Shown here piece by piece: positions 1-7,492 of a DNA stretch of 32,253 bases. Source of the stretch: a virus (taxonomy: Duplodnaviria > Caudoviricetes); IMG/VR virus record IMGVR_UViG_3300017903_001739, positions 1 to 32,253 of that record. One strand, given 5' to 3'. Within the stretch, counting starts at the first letter, position 1. Each line of letters opens with the position of its first letter. Below the pieces are notes generated by a model. That model was not told where the DNA came from. It was given only the letters and a program-made list of their open reading frames with translations, and ran no database searches. A program made the translations under genes and the position numbers.

Positions 1-378
1 CATCAAAGGCTAAACAAGCTCTGCCTGAAGGCGACCAAATGCAGAACCAATCCGACGGCTCAAATCAGCCATACGCTCTGCAATCTCAGTAGCAGTAGCA
101 GGGGTGCGGTTTGGATCGCCAAGCATGTCATTGTACAACGCACGCTTGATGTTCAGACGCATGTCGTTCAGAACAAGATTGGCAACATCGAAACGACCAG
201 CAGCATTAACAGGCTGAAGACCACCAGATCCAGGAGCCTTTGGAATGACTGTTCCTGGAACCAAATTAATAGTGTCCACATTGATAATGCCATCGTCATC
301 CATTTGGTAGATACCAGAGATTGCCATCTGTGCATTTTCAAGGATAAGCTGGACTGTAAGGTTGGTAGTTTTGATTGC
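1..378. repeat. Terminal direct repeat / circular overlap, copy 1 (matches 31876-32253)
   Basis: Manual ungapped alignment at offset 31875; I count 18 mismatches in 378 nt. Confidence 0.95.
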
Positions 379-1197
379 GGAAAGCGCACTGACCAATGGG
401 CCACGCCCATAGATTTCACCAGCAGCTTTAGACCATCGGAAGCAAATGAACGGGTTGCTGCCAATGCCTGTAAATATTTCTTCATAAATCATCTCTCCGT
501 GAGCGCGGTCGATCACATAGTAACCGTAACGCTCCTCATTTGGCTTGTCGTACAAACGACAAACAACTTCTAGGATCTTGCATTTACCATCTCCATCACG
601 AGATACAAGATCTTTCAGCTTCGGGGAGAGCTTTGCCTTTTTATAAACAACAGTAATATCTTGATAGCGAACCTCGCGTTCACGATACACATGATCAATC
701 CGGTCATCGGGGCCGTTCTCTAGAACAACTTTAGGCAGGGGAATTGCAGAAAATCGGATTGGGTTTACCGCATCACCCTCTTCTGCAAGCAAACAACCTG
801 TGCCGACAGCAAGATCCATAAAGGATTCGTGAACTTCTTGAGCAAAGTTACTTGCGTTCAAGACTTCAAAAATGTACTCGGTAACTTCATCAAGGCGATT
901 ATCAATTTCATCACGCTCATCAACAGGAACATCGCTACCGCTAAGAAGGTCAGCCCAACGAGCAAAGTTAGGTACCAGACCAGACTGTAGGCGAGAAGCA
1001 AATTCTTGGACACCGACGACTGCGGTTTCATCAAAGATGCGGTCGTCGCGGCGTTGCCCAGGAGCTTCATAGTAAAATCCTTCACGCTGCGGAAGGCAGA
1101 AGTCATAGCACTCTTGAAACAGGTCTTCAAAAGTTGTGCGGTGTGTCCGAGCTTTTTCATACTTTCGGATGTAATGTTTCGCTGTTTCAAGTTTCAT
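1..1197 (-). CDS. Portal (head-tail connector) protein, 5' part; continues through the circular junction to 31549 (~507 aa joined)
   Basis: T7-gp8-like portal motifs (FDETAVVGVQEFASRL, RWSKAAGEIYGRGP, TATEIAER). The TAG at 10-12 is CAG in the other repeat copy, so it is probably a contig-end artefact. Confidence 0.93.
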
Positions 1198-1202
1198 ATC
1201 TC

Positions 1203-1838
1203 TTACCGATTAAAAAGGCGGGAGTAAAATCCAATACCGCCACGTTGACTCTGCATGAGTGAGGCACGACCACGGCCCGCACGCATAGCATCTGCTGTTT
1301 CTGTAGCGGCCTTACGACGACGAGTGCGAACCGGATCAAGGAGAGATTGAATCCGTGCCTCTTGAATACGCTCTTGCTCTAAGGTTTTTTGCTTTTCGAT
1401 TGCCTCAGTCTTGGCAGCATCAGTAGACTGTTGAACCTTAGTTCGAGCACTTATGCTACCTGTAATGGGTTCGGCTATCTGCTCCGCTATCCCAAGGCGA
1501 CGCAAGTTTCCTGTAGTGCGTTTTGCTCGAGATGCAGCTAGCGTAGCCGCATCACGCTCTGCCCTTGCAATTTCAGCCTCTTGCTCCATCCTCTCTGCAA
1601 TGCGAGGATCACCGCCAGCATCGACTACAGCTTGCGCTTGCTCAGCTGACCTCTCCCTTTCCAGTTCTTTTTGACGATCAGCCTCCTGCTTCATAAGTCG
1701 GTCGTATCGCTCTTTGGTCCCATAGTCATAGCCATTAACCTTATAACTAGGCGCGGGTGCGGTCGTTAAACGCTTAAGTGCTGTTCTAACTTGCCTAGGC
1801 GGTGTAACTGCACGCCTTAATGCTTTTCCAATACTCAT
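1203..1838 (-). CDS. Hypothetical R/E/A-rich coiled-coil protein between terL and portal
   Basis: ATG at 1838 overlaps the terL stop (TAATG coupling); same strand as the operon. Confidence 0.75.
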   Translation of the reverse strand: MSIGKALRRAVTPPRQVRTALKRLTTAPAPSYKVNGYDYGTKERYDRLMKQEADRQKELERERSAEQAQAVVDAGGDPRIAERMEQEAEIARAERDAATLAASRAKRTTGNLRRLGIAEQIAEPITGSISARTKVQQSTDAAKTEAIEKQKTLEQERIQEARIQSLLDPVRTRRRKAATETADAMRAGRGRASLMQSQRGGIGFYSRLFNR

Positions 1839-3352
1839 TACATCCGACTCCAAAAACTTTTGCGTTGCGACTTTGGCTTCCTATTAAATACATCAAAGTC
1901 ACGGCTGGCATTAATAACTTTAGCTGGCCTTGTTCCGAGAACTTCTCTGCCCTCACCACCACCAAGCATTAAGTATTGTAACGCATCATGAATGTGAGAG
2001 AAACGATTTTTATCAGGTTTTTCGTCATAACGCTCACCAGACACCTGAAGGCGTTTATAGCCATAACCACCCTCAAAACCTTTAATGAGTTCTCGGCAAC
2101 GGGGATCTATCAGAATACCACTCTTGCCATCCACCATACGATTCAACGTGCCAGCCACAGCCTCGATGCGTAGAGACACATCATTGCTGCTTGCCGGACG
2201 TGCTACCAGACCAGCACCCCGAAGGATCTGGAAGGGGGTAGATTCGTCTGTTTGAGCACGGAAGTCACCAGCAGGATCCCCAATGATACTTACATCGCAG
2301 TCCTGATAGCGTGTGGCAATCTCCTGCCTCAACAACTCCGAGAAACGGACGATGCCCATATCAAACGCCACAATCTCTTGTAGAATTAACCAGCGACCCC
2401 GAACCCGCTGTCCGAAAACAGCAGCCGGAGTAAGACCAAAGTCCAGGCCAACATAAACAGGAACACCACTAGCCACGGGGATTTCTTCTTTAGCAATGTG
2501 CATATCTGGCGCAAACATATTATATACCGGCTTTCCATCATTTATACTCCCAAGGCGATTCATCACATATACGTCGATCCACGATTTCGTCTTGCCTCGT
2601 ATCAGATTCGAGTAGTAGCTCTTCAGCATGTTTTTTTGGTTTTCTGCTTTCTCGCTTGGGGAGTAGTCGATCACGCTGCCGTTCTCGTCTTTTCTCTCTT
2701 TCATCCCTGCGGGTTGAGTGAAGAACTTCCAGTTGTCGGGTGCGACCAACATCCTTGCCTCTTCTGCCGGAATGTGATCTGGGACTGGAACCTCGCCTGA
2801 CATTATGGGCCACCAATGATCCTCCTCTGGAGCGTTAGTATCCGCGATCACACCCGTCCATGTCGGGCCACCATCGCGCATCGACGGGAAACGCCCGACA
2901 CGCATTGTACAAGCATCAATAATAGATTTAGAGATCTCACGAGCCTCATTAATCCAGATGCCTGTCAATTCCAGTGAGAGGAGTTTCTTTACATCCTCTG
3001 GTCGATCTAACGCTAGGAAGATAACCTCTAGATCGAGGTCGCCTTGCTTTATGTGGTGGGTATACGGGACAGACCATTGGAATCTGCCCCAGCTTTCTTC
3101 GGGGAACCAGTCAAGCCATGTTTTGATTGTAGTGGTTCGCAGTTGCGGGTTGGTGTTACGAATGATGGCCCAGCGACTACGCCGGATACCGTCTTCATTA
3201 GGTTCCTGCTGCAAGGCACGCCGGAAGACCTCCACACAGCATCCCACCGACTTACCTGACCCCACAGGCCCACGGATTCCTCGGAAAAAGGTATCATCCT
3301 TCATAAACTCCTTGAGGACATCCCCATCGGGTTTGTACTTAAATGTCGTCAA
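1838..3352 (-). CDS. terL: Terminase large subunit
   Basis: Walker A GPVGSGKS, Walker B IWINEARE, coupling motif DTNAP, RNase H-like nuclease GLDFG...GDPAG...SHIHDALQY. Confidence 0.96.
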   Translation of the reverse strand: MTTFKYKPDGDVLKEFMKDDTFFRGIRGPVGSGKSVGCCVEVFRRALQQEPNEDGIRRSRWAIIRNTNPQLRTTTIKTWLDWFPEESWGRFQWSVPYTHHIKQGDLDLEVIFLALDRPEDVKKLLSLELTGIWINEAREISKSIIDACTMRVGRFPSMRDGGPTWTGVIADTNAPEEDHWWPIMSGEVPVPDHIPAEEARMLVAPDNWKFFTQPAGMKERKDENGSVIDYSPSEKAENQKNMLKSYYSNLIRGKTKSWIDVYVMNRLGSINDGKPVYNMFAPDMHIAKEEIPVASGVPVYVGLDFGLTPAAVFGQRVRGRWLILQEIVAFDMGIVRFSELLRQEIATRYQDCDVSIIGDPAGDFRAQTDESTPFQILRGAGLVARPASSNDVSLRIEAVAGTLNRMVDGKSGILIDPRCRELIKGFEGGYGYKRLQVSGERYDEKPDKNRFSHIHDALQYLMLGGGEGREVLGTRPAKVINASRDFDVFNRKPKSQRKSFWSRM

Positions 3353-3533
3353 CTTTCATGTCCTTGCCGACTTTGAGCAGCTTCTCGACAGTCTCAGGGC
3401 CGATAACTGCAATCATCTTATCTGCTTCGTAGTCGGTGCAAAACTCTTTCGGGTAATGCTTGAAGTGGACTTTCTTTACAATCGTCCGAAGGACGCGACG
3501 TTCTTCATCTTTCAGGGTGTGTAAAAAGCTCAT
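3339..3533 (-). CDS. Hypothetical protein (64 aa)
   Basis: In the coupled late operon; ATGA overlap with the upstream ORF and purine-rich RBS. Confidence 0.75.
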   Translation of the reverse strand: MSFLHTLKDEERRVLRTIVKKVHFKHYPKEFCTDYEADKMIAVIGPETVEKLLKVGKDMKVDDI

Positions 3534-3658
3534 TTCTTCCTTCCTTTCTCTAATTTCTTCCGTCGAGCAACAGTGTGAGGCATAGGCTGTTGATACTTGC
3601 GAACATTCGCACGCACAAACTCAATAGCATCTGCAAGCTGCTTCTCAGTAAGTTTCAT
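3530..3658 (-). CDS. Small basic hypothetical protein, 42 aa (MKLTEKQLADAIEFVRANVRKY...), not in ORF track
   Basis: Translated by hand; fills the gap exactly with ATGA overlaps at both ends. Confidence 0.7.
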   Translation of the reverse strand: MKLTEKQLADAIEFVRANVRKYQQPMPHTVARRKKLEKGRKK

Positions 3659-3900
3659 CGGAACTTCTTCGTTTTCTTTGCAACATCTTTGGGCTGGGCA
3701 GCAAACTGTTTGCCAGCACGACGAGCCGCACGCTTTCTTGCCGTTGTACGTTGATACTCCTTGTCGGAGAGCGCCGCTATCGCGGCTTCCGGCAAGTAGC
3801 GTTCACCAGTAGCCTCGCTACCTTGAGTCGAGGGCTTGCCCGACTTGGTGCGCCACTTCTGCTTAGTCCAATCGCGTAAAGACTTTTGCGAGGGTCTCAT
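3655..3900 (-). CDS. Basic conserved hypothetical protein (WTKQKWRT...ERYLP motif)
   Basis: Motif recalled from phage/bacterial hypothetical proteins; TGATG coupling with the upstream ORF. Confidence 0.8.
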   Translation of the reverse strand: MRPSQKSLRDWTKQKWRTKSGKPSTQGSEATGERYLPEAAIAALSDKEYQRTTARKRAARRAGKQFAAQPKDVAKKTKKFR

Positions 3901-4067
3901 CAGTTAGTATAGCCGCCTCCACGAGCTTTGTATTCTCTAGCAAGCATCTGAGCCTTACGGGCAGACCACTGCCCAGGCGAACCACCTTTGCCACCACGCT
4001 TGATCTTCTCAAACAGGTTCTTCCGCATGCGCGGCTTGGTGTAGTTACCTGCCTCGTTGACAGCCAT
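3900..4067 (-). CDS. Basic conserved hypothetical protein, 55 aa (NYTKP...GGKGGSPGQWSARKAQMLAREYKARGGGY), DUF5872-like (tentative), not in ORF track
   Basis: Translated by hand; TAATG overlap at start and TGATG at end; recognisable GQWSARKAQ motif. Confidence 0.8.
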   Translation of the reverse strand: MAVNEAGNYTKPRMRKNLFEKIKRGGKGGSPGQWSARKAQMLAREYKARGGGYTN

Positions 4068-4288
4068 TAGATGTTACCGCCAGCATCTACCTTAAGTTCG
4101 GTTTTCTTTGCGCGCGGTGCTGGTTTCTTGATTTTGTGACCACGCTCTTCTACCTGCTCTTCTTTCAACAGGTTCTGGCTCTCACCACTCAGGCAAGTGC
4201 CGGACTTGTAGCTGCCATCAGGCAGGGAGACGTGCGGGCCTTTATATTCTTCAACAACACCAGGCTCAACCATAATAAACAACTTCAT
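4067..4288 (-). CDS. Hypothetical protein (73 aa)
   Basis: Coupled by ATGA/TAATG overlaps. Confidence 0.7.
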   Translation of the reverse strand: MKLFIMVEPGVVEEYKGPHVSLPDGSYKSGTCLSGESQNLLKEEQVEERGHKIKKPAPRAKKTELKVDAGGNI

Positions 4289-4404
4289 TTGCCGTAACCT
4301 TTCATAAGAGACTTCTTTTGCTTCTTTTTGGCATCACGCTCTTTTTTAGCAGCCTTCATGCCAGCAGGGGTGTATGGGAATTTTTTTCCAGCTACGTTAG
4401 GCAT
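4285..4404 (-). CDS. Small Lys-rich protein, 39 aa (MPNVAGKKFPYTPAGMKAAKK...), not in ORF track
   Basis: Translated by hand; TAATG and ATGA overlaps fill the gap exactly. Confidence 0.75.
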   Translation of the reverse strand: MPNVAGKKFPYTPAGMKAAKKERDAKKKQKKSLMKGYGK

Positions 4405-4730
4405 TATTTTTTAAACCCCAGAAGACTTTTAAACTCACGATCAACTTTAAGACCCCGCTTACCAAGACCGCGATCAAGTTCGCGCTTCTTTTCAGCAGAC
4501 ACATCCATCGCTCTAATTTTTTTACGTGCTTCTTCTACTTCACCGCGAATACGCTTTTGACCAATTTCATACATACGGCGAAGTTTACCCTTCGTCATAT
4601 CCTTTATAGAGCCAGCATTCGAGCCTGTTGCCATACCAGAAACACCCATAGCTTTGTCCTCAACAGAACCTGCAAAATCTTTCTGAACAGCCTTAAGCAA
4701 ACTTTTAGAATCTGTGAGCTTAAAATCCAT
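4404..4730 (-). CDS. Basic hypothetical protein (108 aa)
   Basis: ORF in operon, GGTGA RBS-like upstream, coupled downstream. Confidence 0.7.
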   Translation of the reverse strand: MDFKLTDSKSLLKAVQKDFAGSVEDKAMGVSGMATGSNAGSIKDMTKGKLRRMYEIGQKRIRGEVEEARKKIRAMDVSAEKKRELDRGLGKRGLKVDREFKSLLGFKK

Positions 4731-4747
4731 CTAAATCACCATTAACC

Positions 4748-5311
4748 TTACGTTCCAACCTTACCCGACTGACGACGACGACGCTTTGCTGCGGCAGAAG
4801 GATCAGTCTTTGAGCCACGCTTTGCTTCTTCTTTCTTCTTTGCTTCTTCTTCCTTTGTGCGTGTGTGATAACGCTTACCGTTCCAAGTAAACTCTTTCAC
4901 GCCCTTTTTACGGAAGTGAGCAAAAGCCTCACGGAAGGAAACACCACCCTGTGATACACCAACATTGTAGTTCTTGCCATCAGACTCGCCCTTAACCTTG
5001 TCCATTGGGATCAGTGTAGGACGGAAGCCTGTAACCTTAACATCTGGCAAACGAACCTTTTCAGCAACCTCTGTGTTGATCTTGTTGGATCGTTGAACCG
5101 TAGACTTTGGCAACCTAGGAAAGTCACGAAGCTCTTTTGAAAGCTCGGAAATCTTTCGTGTGCTCTTTTCGGCACGAATCATGCCCGTTGTTTTGTTTGT
5201 AGCTTGCTTGCTTTTGGTTGCCCCTTTGCCAGCAGAAAGACGGATGTCTTGCATGAACTGCTTATATTGAGCTTCCATATCCTTTTTAATATCACTAATT
5301 GTACGCGCCAT
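4748..5311 (-). CDS. Highly basic hypothetical protein (187 aa; FREAF...KEFTWNGKRYHT motif)
   Basis: Long ORF in operon, GGTGA RBS-like upstream, K/R-rich. Confidence 0.75.
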   Translation of the reverse strand: MARTISDIKKDMEAQYKQFMQDIRLSAGKGATKSKQATNKTTGMIRAEKSTRKISELSKELRDFPRLPKSTVQRSNKINTEVAEKVRLPDVKVTGFRPTLIPMDKVKGESDGKNYNVGVSQGGVSFREAFAHFRKKGVKEFTWNGKRYHTRTKEEEAKKKEEAKRGSKTDPSAAAKRRRRQSGKVGT

Positions 5312-5316
5312 TTAAT

Positions 5317-5601
5317 TCACCACTTAACTTTGTCAGCCCAGTATGCCGCAGACATCTTGCCTTTGGCAATGTTTTTACGATGGCGCGCCTTGAAGCTGGC
5401 CCGCTTCTTCTTCATACGCTCCGACTCACCCTCTTTAGGCTTGCCAGCAGTTTCAGCACCTTGCTGCCCAAAACGGATCAGCTTGGTTTTATCACCTACC
5501 TTTGCCACCACAACATGAGATTTGGTTGGGTGGTTTGGGGTAGGCTTGGGTTTATTATATGCTTTTACACCAGCGCGTACAAGTTTTGGATCGCGCGCCA
5601 T
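5317..5601 (-). CDS. Conserved basic phage protein (KSHVVVAK...IRFGQQG...SFKARH...SAAYWADKVKW)
   Basis: Motif pattern I recall as widespread among phage hypothetical proteins; TAATG coupling. Confidence 0.85.
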   Translation of the reverse strand: MARDPKLVRAGVKAYNKPKPTPNHPTKSHVVVAKVGDKTKLIRFGQQGAETAGKPKEGESERMKKKRASFKARHRKNIAKGKMSAAYWADKVKW

Positions 5602-5987
5602 TACTCAGAGCCTTTTTCGCCAAAAAAATTTTTTAGCATTGCATCCAGGCGAACCTTGCGTCGGGTGGACAAGGGGCCAGTATCTAGCATGGGATCATCC
5701 TCATACTCCACCTCAGGTATGTCACCAGCATCGAAATCCTCTGAAGGCAAGCGGATGTCAACATAGTCCTCAAAGTAGATCCGATCCTCGTCAACCAGCA
5801 AGCCACCAATAAACTCAGGAAGTGGGTAGGGGAAGTTTCCATCAGAAACATATTCAGCATCAACATCCCGCAAACCCTCGCGCAAATAGGCAAGAAGCTC
5901 AGGGGGTACATCTTCCGTGTTTATTTCGCCGCGCTCTAAAATAGCAGCGTTCACGGTGTTGTAAGCCTTGTCCAGAATCTCGTTCAT
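5601..5987 (-). CDS. Acidic hypothetical protein (128 aa)
   Basis: D/E-rich ORF, stop coupled to the next gene. Confidence 0.7.
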   Translation of the reverse strand: MNEILDKAYNTVNAAILERGEINTEDVPPELLAYLREGLRDVDAEYVSDGNFPYPLPEFIGGLLVDEDRIYFEDYVDIRLPSEDFDAGDIPEVEYEDDPMLDTGPLSTRRKVRLDAMLKNFFGEKGSE

Positions 5988-6081
5988 GCGGTCAGTTTAA
6001 CTCATCGAGCCTTTTTGAGCAATAATGTTTGTATGGGACTATATTGCAACAACCCACCACAGTTTTCCGGCCCCCACCCCC

Positions 6082-6480
6082 TCAACCAAGATCGATCTCA
6101 ACTCGAATGTCCCCAGCGTGCAGATGCATGTGCTTGTCAGGAGCCTTGTAACCAGCACGATCCAGGAGGTCTTTCGAGGCTTCAAGCTGGACATACTCAC
6201 TCTTGGCTGTGCTGGCGAGTCTCGTCACGTTATGGAGTGCGTGGGTAGCTTTCACACCCAACTGATCCCGTACCCTCTGCTGCATATAGGCTTGCACGTG
6301 GGGGAGGGCTAAAGCCTTGGAAGCACTCACTCTTCCGCTTTCACCCTCTGCATAACCCGCCGCTTGCGCGGCTTCCTTGATGGTCCCGCCATTAGCTACG
6401 AGGTGTTCAACCAAAGCGTTCTGCTTCGGTGTCAAACCATTATCTGACTTCTTGATGTTTGCCATATCCTTGCTCAACAC
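6082..6480 (-). CDS. terS: Terminase small subunit (start may be the ATG of MANIKK)
   Basis: Typical TerS HTH N-terminus LTPKQ...AAQAAGY and C-terminal 'QLEASKDLLDRAG' helix; first gene of the late arm. Confidence 0.8.
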   Translation of the reverse strand: MLSKDMANIKKSDNGLTPKQNALVEHLVANGGTIKEAAQAAGYAEGESGRVSASKALALPHVQAYMQQRVRDQLGVKATHALHNVTRLASTAKSEYVQLEASKDLLDRAGYKAPDKHMHLHAGDIRVEIDLG

Positions 6481-6520
6481 TTGGTCCTATATGAAGCAAC
6501 TGAGGTTGCCTCATAAGCGG

Positions 6521-6550
6521 AGTTTAAGAGGGTTTGTCTACCTAAATCAA
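6521..6550 (-). promoter_or_regulatory. Candidate sigma70-type promoter for the late arm (TTGATT-N18-TAAACT)
   Basis: Consensus-like hexamers upstream of terS; followed by a hairpin at 6490-6515. Confidence 0.4.
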
Positions 6551-6623
6551 GCTGCAATTATGCAACACCCCTTGCATAGCTGCAAGAGAAGCATCAAGAA
6601 TACAGGAATAATAAGGGCTATGT

Positions 6624-6933
6624 GCATCTTGGCTGCGGTCTCCGGCGGTGGTTGTTTGGTGCGTATGGCCCTACTCCTTAGTCTGTGGTCATGACTATCT
6701 CTGCCCTACTTGCACTAAACATACCGCCCCTCTCCATGTGGTCTACCCCCCGCCCGCACCACTCGGCTCGCTGCGCTCGCCGACCGTGTTGGGGGGTCGC
6801 TACGCTAGACCTCATGTCGCTGGTCGGTTTGTTTGTGCGCGTAAGGTCAGGATAGTCCTGACCACAGACTAAGGAGTAGAATCATGTCTAACACCAAAGC
6901 TAAAACCACCTTCTTCGGCCACATCCAAGAAGC
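6624..6933. repeat. Long imperfect inverted repeat (perfect 21-bp core 6671-6691 / 6859-6879) covering RBS and start of the first early gene
   Basis: CTACTCCTTAGTCTGTGGTCA is the exact reverse complement of TGACCACAGACTAAGGAGTAG; further paired blocks extend inwards and outwards. Confidence 0.92.
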
Positions 6934-7243
6934 TCAACTCAACTATGTGCTGTCTTTTGAAGATGGCTTCTTGCAGTCGCAAATGGCTCGCGGCCTTTGC
7001 TACAATCTTGATAACCAGATCGAATGGCTCTCTAAACAGCTTGCAGACCAGGTCGCTGAGCTTGATGACATGACCGAAGAAAACAAGAAAGGCATCGAGC
7101 GGATGAGCCAGATGAGGCTTGAGAAGCAGATTGAACGGTGCAAAAACCAGATTGACGAACTGAACGTGGCGCTTGAAGCAGCCATCGAGGTTCACGCATC
7201 AGTTACCACCCGCGCACCTTACGAGCGTCGCAGCAAGAAGTAA
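6884..7243 (+). CDS. First early gene, coiled-coil hypothetical protein (119 aa)
   Basis: Strong RBS TAAGGAG 7 nt before ATG; heptad-like pattern. Confidence 0.85.
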   Translation: MSNTKAKTTFFGHIQEAQLNYVLSFEDGFLQSQMARGLCYNLDNQIEWLSKQLADQVAELDDMTEENKKGIERMSQMRLEKQIERCKNQIDELNVALEAAIEVHASVTTRAPYERRSKK

Positions 7244-7251
7244 CAACCATC

Positions 7252-7273
7252 GGGCGGGGCTTCGGCCCCGTCC
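7252..7273 (+). terminator. GC-rich hairpin with C(UUCG)G tetraloop; terminator or mRNA-stabilising element (no U-tract)
   Basis: GGGCGGGGC-TTCG-GCCCCGTCC just after the stop at 7243. Confidence 0.55.
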
Positions 7274-7296
7274 AACCAAAACAGAAGGAGAACGCT

Positions 7297-7374
7297 ATGC
7301 TAGACGAAGTTATATCCGCGATTGCCACAGCCGGACTGATTGCCCTAGTGGTAATGATGGGACTGGCGCTATGA
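7297..7374 (+). CDS. 25-aa hydrophobic single-TM peptide (MLDEVISAIATAGLIALVVMMGLAL), not in ORF track
   Basis: Strong RBS AGAAGGAG 6 nt upstream; uninterrupted hydrophobic helix. Confidence 0.6.
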   Translation: MLDEVISAIATAGLIALVVMMGLAL

Positions 7375-7492
7375 CTGCCAAAAAAATCGCGCTCGGCTTC
7401 GCCTCGCGAATTTTAAAAGGAAAAAAACAGTTTGACCTGTGAATAAATTCGTGAAATAAAACGGTATTGGTGATTTTTGGAAGGAGGAACCA

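Noticed and set aside
10-12. Premature stop suggesting a portal pseudogene or two portal genes
   Set aside because: It lies 12 nt from the contig end and is CAG in the overlapping copy; joining the ends gives one intact essential gene.
2958-3524. 188-aa plus-strand ORF and similar antisense ORFs (e.g. 5299-5766, 16396-16914, 22470-23144)
   Set aside because: They lie opposite well-supported genes, with no RBS or protein motifs; shadow ORFs.
4380-4390. Slippery-looking A_AAA_AAA in the 39-aa ORF
   Set aside because: The -1 frame hits TAA after about 11 codons and joins nothing.
5620-5636. A_AAA_AAT / T_TTT_TTT run near the end of the acidic ORF
   Set aside because: The -1 frame stops (TGA) before the next gene, which has its own coupled ATG.
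7173-7442. 89-aa plus-strand track ORF
   Set aside because: Overlaps the upstream gene and crosses the hairpin; better explained by the RBS-led 25-aa ORF and possibly a 23-aa ORF at 7371.
7432-7462. Possible ardC promoter TTGACC...TAAAAC
   Set aside because: The 19-nt spacing is outside the usual range; too weak to list, although TAAAAC matches the 11486 element.
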